A stretch of 20,000 nucleotides of DNA from an uncultured virus (IMG/VR IMGVR_UViG_2791355164_000002) (taxonomy: Duplodnaviria; Heunggongvirae; Uroviricota; Caudoviricetes): the IMG/VR virus record IMGVR_UViG_2791355164_000002. One strand, given 5' to 3'. Both the position numbers and the translations under genes were made by a program. Positions 7,047 to 17,900 of the stretch are shown here, in pieces. Every line of letters begins with the position of its first letter. Positions within the stretch are counted from its first letter, which is position 1. Under the pieces are notes generated by a model, which saw nothing but the letters and a program-made list of their open reading frames with translations, did not search any database and had not been told where the DNA came from.

Positions 7047-7637
7047 ATGACTGAAATGCTGACGCGAATCGAGTTGGGTGGCGTGCTGGGTAAAACCTTC
7101 GGGAAGGTGCATCACCGACTGATTTCCCGCACACAGGAAGCCTGTCCCGCGCTGGCGGCCACCATTAAAGGCTTTGAGAAATACATGATTTCGAGCCGAA
7201 AGCGAGGCCTCACGTTTTCGGTTTTTACAGGCAAACAAAATATCGGTTTCGATGATCTGAAAAAACCTGTCTCAGGTGATGTGATCCGAATCGTGCCGGT
7301 CATCATGGGCAGTAAGCGCGCGGGTCTGCTTCAGACGATTGTCGGTGTGGCGTTAATAGCTATCGCGACCTTCGCGCCGTGGGGTTCAGCCATTGCCGGA
7401 AGTAACTTTGTCTTCCAGGCTGGCGTGGCCGTCACGCTCGGTGGGGTGGTCCAGATGCTTTCTCCTCAGGCGCAGGGCTTATCGTACAAAGACGATTCTG
7501 ATAATCAGCCGTCATATGCCTTTGGCCAGCCCACCAACACCGCCTCTCAGGGCTATCCGGTTCCGCTGCTTTATGGGAAACGGCGAATCGGTGGGGCGAT
7601 CGTCTCCGCCGGAATCTACGTCGAAGACCAGCAATAA
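7047..7637 (+). CDS. gpI: Tail assembly protein I, copy 2
   Basis: Same motifs, full length, with its own RBS (AAGGA). Ends YVEDQQ like copy 1. Confidence 0.93.
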   Translation: MTEMLTRIELGGVLGKTFGKVHHRLISRTQEACPALAATIKGFEKYMISSRKRGLTFSVFTGKQNIGFDDLKKPVSGDVIRIVPVIMGSKRAGLLQTIVGVALIAIATFAPWGSAIAGSNFVFQAGVAVTLGGVVQMLSPQAQGLSYKDDSDNQPSYAFGQPTNTASQGYPVPLLYGKRRIGGAIVSAGIYVEDQQ

Positions 7638-7653
7638 CTTTTGTCATCCGAAT

Positions 7654-7677
7654 AGACCGCCCAGGCGGTCTTTTTTT
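7654..7677 (+). terminator. Intrinsic terminator between I and J
   Basis: AGACCGC-CCAG-GCGGTCT plus a T run. Confidence 0.75.
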
Positions 7678-7688
7678 ATGGGCGCGAT

Positions 7689-10600
7689 ATGGCAAAGAAA
7701 GAGATTTCAGGTAATAAGGGCGGCTCATCCTCGCCACGAACGCCGGTCGAACAGCCGGATGATCTTCAGTCTGTCGCGAAAGAGAAAATCCTTATCGCAC
7801 TGGGTGAAGGGGAATTTGGCGGTGAGTTGACCGGACAGAATATTTTTCTCGATGGCACACCTCTGAATAACGCGGATGGGTCAAGTAACTTCAGCGGGGT
7901 GACATGGGAGTTTCGCCCAGGCACCCAGGACCAGACTTATATTCAGGGTTTGCCGGGAACAGAAAACGAAATTGCGGTGGGAACAGCCATCACAGAAACG
8001 TCCGGCTTTACCCGAACGTTTACGGATTCCACGCTGTCGGCGATACGTCTTCGCATTCAGTGGCCATCGTTGTTCGAACAGGAAGATAACGGGGATCTGA
8101 ATGGGTATTCGATCGCCTATAACATCTCGGTCTCAACGGATGGCGGCGCATTTCAGACGGTCATTGATACCGCTGTTACCGGCAAGACAACAACGGGCTA
8201 TGAGCGAAGCCATCGCGTCGATTTGCCGCAGGATGGTTCGACATGGACCGTTCGTTTAACCCGAACCACGCCGGTTCAGAATTCCGCGCGCGTCGGCGAT
8301 ACCATGACGCTCGAAAGCTATACCGAAGTTATCGATGCCAAACTTCGCTATCCGCTGACCGCGCTTCTTTATATGGAATTTGATTCCCGTCAGTTTTCCG
8401 GGAACGTTCCTCAAATCACCTGTGAGCCGAAAGGGCGAATTATCCGTGTGCCGGATAATTACGATCCAGATGCGCGCACCTATTCAGGCGAATGGGACGG
8501 CACGTTTAAATTCGCGTGGACCGATAATCCTGCCTGGGTCTTTTATGATCTTGTTGTCACCGATCGGTTCGGACTCGGTGACAGGCTGACCGCCGACAAC
8601 ATCGATAAATGGACGCTCTATACTGTCGCCCAGTATTGCGATGAGCTGGTTCCAGACGGAAAGGGCGGCAGCGGAACCGAACCGCGTTTTAAATGCGATG
8701 TGTATGTTCAGAACCGCTCGGATGCTTATACCGTCTTTCGCGACTTTGCGGCGATATTCCGGGGAATGACGTACTGGGCAGGCGATCAGATTGTGGCGCT
8801 GGCGGATATGCCGCGCGATGTCGATTACAACTATACAAACGCCAATGTGATCGATGGTCAGTTTGCTTACTCCAGCTCGAACACCAAAACGCGCTATACC
8901 TCAGCACTGGTGTCTTATTCCGATCCTGATAACGGGTATGCGGATGCGGTTCAGCCGGTGTTTGAACCCGATCTTGTTAACCGTTACAAGACGTTTAATC
9001 AGCTCGAACTGACGGCGATCGCCTGCACCCGCCAGAGCGAAGCAGATCGGCGCGGTCGGTGGGGGATTTTAACCAACGTTCAGGACCGGGTGATCACGTT
9101 TCAGGTGGGGCTTGATGGTGATATTCCGCTTCCAGGCTATATCATCGCCGTTGCGGATGAATACCTTTCAGGCAGGATTGCCGGTGGGCGAATCCGTTCC
9201 GTGAACGGTCGTGTCATTACTCTCGACAGAACGCCTGATGCGAGTGAAGGCGACAGGCTTCAGCTTAACCTGCCTTCGGGGATTTCTGAGGCGAGAACGA
9301 TTGAGTCGATCGCTGAAAACCTTGTGACCGTCTCAACGGCTTATTCAGAAACGCCTGAGGCGGAATCGGTGTGGGTGGTGGAATCCGCCGACGTGCTGGC
9401 GCAACTCTATCGCGTCTCGATGATCTCGATGGACGATGACGGTAATTTCAGCATTACCGGTAGCACTTACGATCCCTCAAAATATGATGCCATCGATACC
9501 GGCGCGCAGCTCGATTCACGTCCTGTCAGTGTCATTCCCGCAGGCACACAGAATGCCCCACAAAACATCGTGATCGGTGAATACAGCGTGGTGAATCAAG
9601 GAATCAGCCTTCAAACCATGCGCGTTCAGTGGGATCCGACCGCGAACGCGCTTGCCTATGAGGCACAATGGCGGCGCAATTCGGGTAACTGGATCAATGT
9701 GCCGCGCACCTCAACGATTTCATTTGAGGTTCCGGCAATCTATACCGGCACTTACACGGTTCGGGTTCGCGCCATTAATGCCGCTGAGATTTCATCTGGC
9801 TGGACCACATCTGATCCGGTCGAATTAACCGGCAAGGTCGGCAACCCACCGAAGCCACTCGGGTTCAGTGCAACAACGGATATTGTCTGGGGCATCACAT
9901 TAACCTGGGGATTCCCGGACAACACCGAAGACACGTTGAAGACCACAATTCAATATGCAACGAATGCCGATGGAACGGATGCCACGTTGCTTTCTGATGT
10001 CGCTTATCCCAGCCATGTTTATGTGATGCAGGGATTGCTTTCGGGTCAGGGATTCTGGTTCCGCGCGCAGCTGGTGGACAAATCAGGAAATGAGTCAGGC
10101 TATACGGACTGGATAAGAGGTCAGGCATCGGACAACATCCCAGATATTATCGGCGACATCAGTAATGAGATTGAGGCGTCACCCGCTTTCCAGCAGATGA
10201 CCGACAACCTCGATGACCTCTCTCAGGCGGTTCTTCAGAACTCGCTGGCTAATAACGCCACGAGCAATCTTCAGTTTCAGCAGTATGGCGAGGTGAAGGC
10301 CTCAATTCTGACTGTTCAGACCACGGTTGCCGATAATACTCAGGCACTCGCTGAGCTTGATACGGAAGTTCAGGCTGAATTCGGCGACATTAATTCCTCG
10401 ATCACAACGGTTCAACAAGCCCTTGCCGATGCTCAATCTTCCATAGCGACCTTTGAAACGCAGCTTCAGGCCGTTCAGGATGATACGTCAGCCCTTGTTG
10501 ATACCAAACTGACCGCCAACATTCAGGATGATGGAACCGGAACGGCGACGTTCTCGCTTCGTGCGGGTGTGACACGGGGGGGAACGTTTTATGGTGCAGG

Positions 10601-11402
10601 GTTCGCGCTCGGTGTTGCGCCTAATGGTGCGGGTGGCTATACCGCGACCACCATCTTCAACGCCAACCAGTTCGGGATTTATTCAGGTTCCGATCCGAGT
10701 CAGTTTCAGCTGGCGTTCAGCGTCTTCAACGGCCAGACCTTTATTAATCAGGCTTTCATTCAGGACGCCTCGATCACGAATGCGAAGATCGGGGATTTCA
10801 TTCAGTCGAACAATTATGTTTCAGGATCGACAGGCTGGTCCATTAACAAAAACGGCGGTGCTGAATTCAGTGGCGTGACGGTTCGTGGAGACATTGAAGC
10901 CACTAGTGGCCATATGTCCAACGTCACAATCGATGGAACCTGTGATGTTCAGCTTCTTCGTGCGCAAAACATCCAGGGTGATCTGATTATTGGGTCTGAT
11001 AGCCGTGGTGAAGGCAATTTGTTTCATCTTGGTTCACAGCTAAGTAATCCTAATTCAATCGTAAAAGGCCAATTATATTTGATTTGTACATTCCCCGGCG
11101 CTCCTTTCCCTCGCATTGCGACGTTCACTCAACCCATTCAATTTAATTTCGGTGGTGAAAGAAACGTGGTTGACTTTGTAACTGCAAATGGTTCCGTGGG
11201 TTATTCCTTTGAAGCTGGTAACCAAAGTGGCGCAAGAAATCAAACTGTAACAGTGAATATTCCTGCTTCTTCTTTTGATGCTACTGAGGCGATTTATCTT
11301 CGTGTTAATAGCCGAAATTATAATGGGGCTGTGACATTTACGGGAAACATTCTCGTCATGAGAAGCACTAGCGGAGTGGCCTGGGCGGCAAGTTCGTTCT
11401 GA
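7689..11402 (+). CDS. gpJ: Tip attachment / host specificity protein J (central tail fibre)
   Basis: GNKGG..PRTPVEQPDDLQS, ALGEGE, WTDNPAWVFYD, FNIII-like segments, a coiled coil, and FINQAFIQDASITNAKIG..IQSNNYVSG..GWSI. Confidence 0.96.
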   Translation: MAKKEISGNKGGSSSPRTPVEQPDDLQSVAKEKILIALGEGEFGGELTGQNIFLDGTPLNNADGSSNFSGVTWEFRPGTQDQTYIQGLPGTENEIAVGTAITETSGFTRTFTDSTLSAIRLRIQWPSLFEQEDNGDLNGYSIAYNISVSTDGGAFQTVIDTAVTGKTTTGYERSHRVDLPQDGSTWTVRLTRTTPVQNSARVGDTMTLESYTEVIDAKLRYPLTALLYMEFDSRQFSGNVPQITCEPKGRIIRVPDNYDPDARTYSGEWDGTFKFAWTDNPAWVFYDLVVTDRFGLGDRLTADNIDKWTLYTVAQYCDELVPDGKGGSGTEPRFKCDVYVQNRSDAYTVFRDFAAIFRGMTYWAGDQIVALADMPRDVDYNYTNANVIDGQFAYSSSNTKTRYTSALVSYSDPDNGYADAVQPVFEPDLVNRYKTFNQLELTAIACTRQSEADRRGRWGILTNVQDRVITFQVGLDGDIPLPGYIIAVADEYLSGRIAGGRIRSVNGRVITLDRTPDASEGDRLQLNLPSGISEARTIESIAENLVTVSTAYSETPEAESVWVVESADVLAQLYRVSMISMDDDGNFSITGSTYDPSKYDAIDTGAQLDSRPVSVIPAGTQNAPQNIVIGEYSVVNQGISLQTMRVQWDPTANALAYEAQWRRNSGNWINVPRTSTISFEVPAIYTGTYTVRVRAINAAEISSGWTTSDPVELTGKVGNPPKPLGFSATTDIVWGITLTWGFPDNTEDTLKTTIQYATNADGTDATLLSDVAYPSHVYVMQGLLSGQGFWFRAQLVDKSGNESGYTDWIRGQASDNIPDIIGDISNEIEASPAFQQMTDNLDDLSQAVLQNSLANNATSNLQFQQYGEVKASILTVQTTVADNTQALAELDTEVQAEFGDINSSITTVQQALADAQSSIATFETQLQAVQDDTSALVDTKLTANIQDDGTGTATFSLRAGVTRGGTFYGAGFALGVAPNGAGGYTATTIFNANQFGIYSGSDPSQFQLAFSVFNGQTFINQAFIQDASITNAKIGDFIQSNNYVSGSTGWSINKNGGAEFSGVTVRGDIEATSGHMSNVTIDGTCDVQLLRAQNIQGDLIIGSDSRGEGNLFHLGSQLSNPNSIVKGQLYLICTFPGAPFPRIATFTQPIQFNFGGERNVVDFVTANGSVGYSFEAGNQSGARNQTVTVNIPASSFDATEAIYLRVNSRNYNGAVTFTGNILVMRSTSGVAWAASSF

Positions 11403-11633
11403 AAAGTATGACAATAACTTTATCGACATAGCTTGTCCGTGCAAGTAAGAGCACAGATAAACAAAATATCATTTTTCACTAACTAGCTAATTAACTGAGG
11501 CCCGTTAGCCAGGCTTTTTTATATATTCTTTAACTTTAATTTATTAAATTTTTTTTGTTTTTATAAGAAAAAACTTCTCTCATAGTTAAACGATTTTTCC
11601 TTCAGATGATTTAAATATAGATAGGGCGAAATT

Positions 11634-14600
11634 ATGCCAGCAGGCTCGATTTCTTTAACGAACGGAAGCGGAACTGTCACAGGAGAAGGAACCTCCTTCA
11701 CAAATGAAGTAAAAATTGGTGATTACATCGCCTTTACGAGCGACGGAATCAGTTATGCTTATCCTGTCAGCGCAATCTCAAGTGATACTAGCCTGACGAT
11801 TAAACCTGTTTTTGCTGGACCGACTAAGAGCGAATTACCGTTTAACGTCATCCCCTCATCACAGATGCAAGCTATTCCCACTCGGCTAATAACACAGGTT
11901 ACGAACGCACTTCTTCAGGACCAGGCAGATCGGGCCAACTGGCAAAAACTGCTGACCGAAGATGGTAATGTGACCATTACCAATCCTGACGGAACGCAAA
12001 CCACGGGGCCGAGCTGGCCAGCCGTCTCAAAAGGGATTGATGCGACCAATCTTGATAAGGCGCAGCAAATCGCAGACCAGACCAGCGCCGCCGCGACAGC
12101 TGCTGCCACAAGTGAAACGAACGCCAAAGCTTCTGAGGATGCCGCCGCGCAAAGTTCATCAGATGCCAGCACTTCAGCAACAAATGCCGCCGAAAGCGCT
12201 CAGCAAGCCGCCGATTCAGCCAGCTCAATCGGCGATGAACTCGATCAGGCGTCAGCAAGTGCAGCAGCCGCCGCTAAAAGTGCAACAGACGCCGCAGCCA
12301 GCGAAGCAAACGCAAGCACATCAGAAACCAACGCCAAAGCTTCTGAAGATGCCGCCGCTGCCAGCCAGCAGACCGCAGCAGAAAGTCAGAGCGCAGCCGC
12401 CGCCAGTGAAACTAATGCGGCAAGCAGTGAAGCGAATGCCGCAGATAGTGCAAATGCCGCAGCCACCAGCGAGCAGAACGCATCGCAGAGCGCGAGCGAC
12501 TCAGCAGACAGCGCCACCGCTTCCGCCACATCAGAAACTAACGCCGCAAGTTCAGCGAGTGATTCGGCAGATAACGCCACCAGCGCCAGCGCAAGCGCAG
12601 ATCGTGCAGAGGCCGCAGCCGATGCACTGGAGAACAATAACGCACTTGCGAACGCCATCGATCACATCGACACCGATACCCATGATGTGTTTTTTAAAGC
12701 CTCAATCGCATCAGGTGCAACAAGTGCATTCACGGAATTACGCACTATTTCAGATGGAACCACACCCGCAACAAGCGAAATCGTCCTCACCGATAATACG
12801 GGTGTTACCGATGAAGAGCCGGACGCGACAGTCATTAAAACGTGGTCTATGCCAGATGAAGAAGGCCAATTAATCCGGCTTGCTGATACCGGCATCGAAT
12901 CCGTTTCAGAAAGCAATGTGACCTTTGACGGCGCTGTCAGTGTTGGGGTTGAAGCGGTAAAAGATAATGATCTCGTGACCCTTCGCCAGTTGCGATCGGC
13001 AACAGCGGGTTCTGTTTCAGGCGGTCCAACACTAAATGGCGTGATGAATAATGCGTTGGGTGCGGTTGAATGGTTTAACGGTTCGCGAGCTGCGATCTGG
13101 CCGGGTTATCTCCCCGCTGATGGACAGATTCTGAATCGTGCAGATTATCCTGACTTGTGGAATGCTGTTGAAAGTGGATTTTTCATCTCAGTTTCTGACG
13201 ATGACTGGCTGGCGGGTATTGATTCGGGGGGGCACAATAACCAGGCCTCTTATTCAACAGGTGATGGTTCAACGACATTCCGACTTCCTGACCTGAACGG
13301 GACGCAATCCACCTCCGTTCCTAACCTGTATTTGCGAGGCGTAGGAGTCGTTAACCCTAATGTCGGTAAAGCTCATCAGGACGGCGCACCAAACATAGTT
13401 GGCTCATGGTCAGCAGGTGGCGCGGTAGGAGTGATCAATAAGACAAACTCGCAAGTTAGGGGCGCTATAGGTAAAGGGACAACAGATAAAGCCTATGGCG
13501 CACCATACGTTAATAACAACATAAGTTCGCCTGCGGTTGGCGCTTCTCCAATAGTCCAGAATACGCCGCTAACGGGCAATGATCTGACTTTTGACGCCAG
13601 CAAGAGCTATGCAGGATACGGACGTTCTCCTACTGAGATTCGTCCCTCATCCGCCCTGGGTATTTGGATGATTCGGGTTAATGGCATATTCAAAGCCGAT
13701 ACAAGCTTTCAGGTCATCACAGCGGATGAAGCGCTTCCGGCTTCAGGTTCTGTCGTCAATGGAGGTGTAATCGATTCTATCTATAACGCGGGCGGAAATA
13801 ACCTCGCAGCAGCTCAGCTGCGCGTTAATTTGACAGTAGGTCAAACACCCGTAGCAATGCTGGATATTATCGATAAAACCACAGACGAGATTTTGACAGA
13901 CACTGTTATCTTCAGTCGATCAGGCATGACTTACCGTGAAGGATCAGGAACCGGAAGCGACAATAATCGCAACGGCGGAAACTATCGTTCAGAAACGGCG
14001 CAAAGCTTCGGCCAGATGCGGGCATACCGTAATTCAGCTGATGGTGGTCTGGTGTTTGAGGTGTCGCAAGATGGGGGGGCATCACGGAACTTCTTCATGA
14101 CAGGTAATGGTGCGATGGTCGTTCCTGGCGGAATGACAGCGCTAAATGGTGAAATCCTGTCATCAAATGCTGATATTGCTGCCGCTGTTACGGCTACCGG
14201 CACGCCTAATAATGGCGATTTCCTTAATTCACCAGCTGTTCGTTCAATGTTGTTTGGACGAGGGGTCGGCGGAGATGCTCGCGGTGCATTTTTTGGCATG
14301 TATCACCAGGAATATGTCGGAAATTATTCACAAGGAATTTTCAACCTGAATGGTTATGGAACCGATCATAACTGGTTTTTCAGGCAAGATGGCAATGCTT
14401 ATTCACCAGGGGGGCAGTTTGTTACAGGTGGGTCGGATGTTCGCCTGAAAGATAATATCCAACCAGTGAAAGTCGGTTCTGGCGAACGGATCGATGCTAT
14501 TAAGGTCATTGAGTTCGAGTGGTGGAAAACCGGCGAAAAGGACAGGGGTTATATCGCCCAGGAAATGGATGAAATCGATCCTTGCTATACCAATTTGGGA

Positions 14601-14843
14601 GGAGAAAACACTGATAAGGATGGGAACAAGTTTGAAGTAATGGGTGTCAAAGACCGCGCTATTCTGGCTGACATGATTGTTTGTGTTCAGAATCTTCGCA
14701 AAGAAAAAGCCACATTAAAAGACGAACTGAACAAATCACAAGCAACAATAAAATCACTTATTGAGGCATTGGGTTATCTTGCCGATGATGATCAGAATGC
14801 ATTCAAAGATAATCTGAACTCTCTTCGTGCAGGCAATATTTAA
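11634..14843 (+). CDS. Side tail fibre 1 (Ala/Ser coiled coil, tail-collar domain, peptidase S74 chaperone)
   Basis: MPAGSISLTNGS..VTG.GT.F anchor; SETNA repeats; collar PGYLPADGQILNRADYPDLW..GDGSTTFRLPDL (~13055-13340); SDVRLKDNI at 14433 followed by GYIAQE. Confidence 0.9.
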   Translation: MPAGSISLTNGSGTVTGEGTSFTNEVKIGDYIAFTSDGISYAYPVSAISSDTSLTIKPVFAGPTKSELPFNVIPSSQMQAIPTRLITQVTNALLQDQADRANWQKLLTEDGNVTITNPDGTQTTGPSWPAVSKGIDATNLDKAQQIADQTSAAATAAATSETNAKASEDAAAQSSSDASTSATNAAESAQQAADSASSIGDELDQASASAAAAAKSATDAAASEANASTSETNAKASEDAAAASQQTAAESQSAAAASETNAASSEANAADSANAAATSEQNASQSASDSADSATASATSETNAASSASDSADNATSASASADRAEAAADALENNNALANAIDHIDTDTHDVFFKASIASGATSAFTELRTISDGTTPATSEIVLTDNTGVTDEEPDATVIKTWSMPDEEGQLIRLADTGIESVSESNVTFDGAVSVGVEAVKDNDLVTLRQLRSATAGSVSGGPTLNGVMNNALGAVEWFNGSRAAIWPGYLPADGQILNRADYPDLWNAVESGFFISVSDDDWLAGIDSGGHNNQASYSTGDGSTTFRLPDLNGTQSTSVPNLYLRGVGVVNPNVGKAHQDGAPNIVGSWSAGGAVGVINKTNSQVRGAIGKGTTDKAYGAPYVNNNISSPAVGASPIVQNTPLTGNDLTFDASKSYAGYGRSPTEIRPSSALGIWMIRVNGIFKADTSFQVITADEALPASGSVVNGGVIDSIYNAGGNNLAAAQLRVNLTVGQTPVAMLDIIDKTTDEILTDTVIFSRSGMTYREGSGTGSDNNRNGGNYRSETAQSFGQMRAYRNSADGGLVFEVSQDGGASRNFFMTGNGAMVVPGGMTALNGEILSSNADIAAAVTATGTPNNGDFLNSPAVRSMLFGRGVGGDARGAFFGMYHQEYVGNYSQGIFNLNGYGTDHNWFFRQDGNAYSPGGQFVTGGSDVRLKDNIQPVKVGSGERIDAIKVIEFEWWKTGEKDRGYIAQEMDEIDPCYTNLGGENTDKDGNKFEVMGVKDRAILADMIVCVQNLRKEKATLKDELNKSQATIKSLIEALGYLADDDQNAFKDNLNSLRAGNI
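12195..12250 (+). repeat. 56-bp exact direct repeat, copy 1 (within a longer near-identical segment of the two fibres)
   Basis: AGCGCTCAGCAAGCCGCC...CTCGATCAGGC is identical to 15531-15586. The offset of 3336 equals the offset between the two start codons. Confidence 0.9.
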
Positions 14844-14969
14844 ATCAGAAAACCACATCGGATAAATATTCTTTAAGCCTATAGAAGATAAACCCCCTTT
14901 AAAATCGGTAATTCATTCTTTATTTAAACAACTTTCATCTAATGCATTAAATATCGATGAGGCGTAATT

Positions 14970-17900
14970 ATGCCAGCAGGTTCGATTTCATTAACGAATG
15001 GAAGCTCATCTGTCACGGGCGACGGAACCTCTTTCACTACAGAAGTTGAAAATGGTGAATATCTGCTTTGTACTGATGGTGGTACGAACTATACATTGCC
15101 GGTGACGTCAGTCCCTTCAGACACAGAATTAACACTTTCAGGCGACTTTACTGGACCGACAGCCTCAGGGTTAAGCTATCGTGTGATTTCAGGTGCTCAA
15201 CTCGTGTCTGTTCCGACTGATCTGATCAATCAGACTACCCTGGCTATTCGTGAGCTGAATACAGACAAAGCGAACTGGAACCAACTTCTGACCGTTGATG
15301 GGGATGTGACTATCATCGCACCTGATGGAACGAAAATCTCGGGTCCGAGTTGGGTAAAAGTGTCGAAAGGAATTAATGCAACAGACCTTGATAAAGCGCA
15401 GCAGATCGCAGACCAGACCAGCGCAGCCGCGACAGCAGCCGCCACGAGCGAAACGAATGCCAAAGCCTCTGAAGATGCCGCTGCGCAAAGTTCCTCAGAT
15501 GCCAGCACATCAGCAACCAATGCAGCCGACAGCGCTCAGCAAGCCGCCGATTCAGCCAGCTCAATCGGCGATGAACTCGATCAGGCCTCAGCAAGTGCAG
15601 CAGCAGCCGCTAAAAGTGCGACAGCAGCCGCAGCAAGTGAAACAAACGCCAGCACATCCGAAACCAACGCCAAATCCTCTGAAGATGCCGCCGCTGCCAG
15701 CCAGCAGGCAGCAGCAGAAAGTCAGAGCGCAGCCGCAACCAGTGAAACCAATGCGGCAACCAGTGAAGGGAATGCCGCAGATAGTGCGACCTCAGCGGGA
15801 ACCAGCGAATCGAACGCCGCTCAAAGCGCCAGTGATGCATCTGACAGCGCGTCAGCCGCCGCCACATCAGAAACCAATGCCGCCAGTTCAGCAAGTGATT
15901 CAGCTGAAAGCGCAACTAACGCCAGAAAGAGCGCCGACAGGGCAGAAGATGCCGCATCCGCACTTGAGAATAACAACGCGTTGGCCGAAGCCATTGACCA
16001 CATCAACACAGACACGAACGATGTGTTTTTTAAAGGATCTATTGCCTCTGGTGGTTCAAGTGCTTTCACAGAACTTAGAACAGTTTCAGATGGGACCACA
16101 CCAGCCACTAGTGAAATCGTTCTTACAGATTCCACGCTGGTTACGGATGATAATCCTGACGCTGAAGTGGTTAAGATATGGACCCTTCCCGATGATGAAG
16201 GGCAGCTGATCACCCTCGATGATGCTGGTATTGCGTCAGCAAGCGATTCGTCAGTCGCATTCAAAGGCTCGGTTTCTGTTGGTGTGGATGCTTCTCGTGA
16301 TGCCGAATTGGTGACTTTAAGGCAATTGAATTCAGCGGTTGCTGGTGGTGGCGGATCAAATGGCGCAACACTTAACGGCGTGATGAATAATTTCATCGGT
16401 GCTGTGATGTGGATGAATGGAACACGCGCCTCTTTACCTGCTGGCTATCTTGCTGCTGATGGTCAGATGCTGAACCGTTCAGACTATCCCGACCTCTGGA
16501 ACGCTGTTGCTTCAGGGCTGTTTGTCAGCACAGAAGAGGCTAACTGGACAGGAACGACTGGACCACGAGCCTATTATTCTGACGGTGATGGTTCTACAAC
16601 ATTCCGGCTTCCTGATTTGAATGGTCGCCAGTCCGGTTCCATTCAGGGGGTTTTCCTTCGTGGTGATGAAGATGGCATGTTGCCAGGTGAAATCCGTTCC
16701 AGTGCATTGCCGAACATCACAGCTCAGTTCGGTTCAACTTTTGATGGTCAGGTTTGGCTGAGTTGGAATTCAGCGCAAGGTTCAGCTTCCCCCGTTGTCA
16801 CTGTTAATAACGTTATGCATCCCCTGAGTGGATATAGTGCCGTGACAGGACTTTCACAAATGAATATTGATGCCTCTCGTTCGAGCGGGGTTTATCAAAA
16901 TGGGATCAATGAAGTTCGTCCACCCTCTGCTTCAGGGATGTGGATCATTCGTGTGTCAGGCACATTTAATGCAGCTGATACGAACTTTAACGTCATTAAT
17001 GGTGATGCCTCCGCACCTGATTCAGGAACCGTGACGTTCGGTGGCGATTTACGTTCGGTCTATCAACTGAACGGCACTGACTTTGCAACACTTGCTTTTC
17101 GGCCTCGCGTCACATGGGGAACGGGTGTCACGGGTGAAATCCGTCTGATTGATGCCAGCACATCGACCGTAGCCACAAAAACATGGACCATGCCAGGGGA
17201 AGAGGGACAGCTGGTTGCAGTCGATAGCGCAGGAACAACGGTTGCGCCAATCGTGAGGGCCACACAACAATTCCAACTTAATAATGATAACAATTTCTTT
17301 GGTCTGTCCTTCAATGGGGGAACCGTTCAGGCATCCTTTCTGAACATATCCAACGTCGATTTCAATGGTCTTTGGGTACATACCTCAACCATGAGCGTTA
17401 ATGGCAGTATTAACAATAATGTTGCCGCTCAGGGGATGCACTTTCTCTGGAATGAAACCGGCGGTCAGGGTGAGGGCGATATTGTCATTAACCGTGGAGG
17501 GGGTGTCGGAGGTCTTCATGTCCGTGTTGTCAACCAGGATAATACTATTCAGGAAACAGCGTTTACGTTCTCATACGATGGGATTTTAGATTGTCCCAAT
17601 GGAAATCAGTCTGTAGGTGGACGAATCAGAGCGTTTACTGATGTCGGTGCTAATCAGGTAATGCTGATTGTGGATGGTGCAACAAAAATCATCTCTTTGA
17701 GCGATTCAGATGAAAGGCTGAAAGAAAATATCATTGATGCCGATGAGGAACTGGCGATTTCGATAATCGAAAGGGTTCATCCAGTTTGTTTTAATTTTAA
17801 AGATTATAAAGCCACTAAGAAAATCCAGGATGAAGCGGGAAAATTCATTGATAGTGAGATTATCGTTAAAGGGAAATATCATCGATTTGGTGTAATCGCT

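Noticed and set aside
11403..11633. Possible cor/lom-type gene or terminator after J
   Set aside because: Only a 7-codon ORF (MTITLST) and a weak 3-bp stem are present; no lipobox.
12080..12630. Periodic repeats resembling an array
   Set aside because: Degenerate coding repeats (SETNA..S) of a coiled coil. There is no constant repeat with unique spacers, so this is not CRISPR.
12037..12873. Long alternative-frame Pro/Gln-rich ORFs (also 15376..16209) and antisense Ala-rich ORFs
   Set aside because: By-product of GCN/TCA/AGC codon repeats in the Ala/Ser fibre shafts; no RBS or independent signal.
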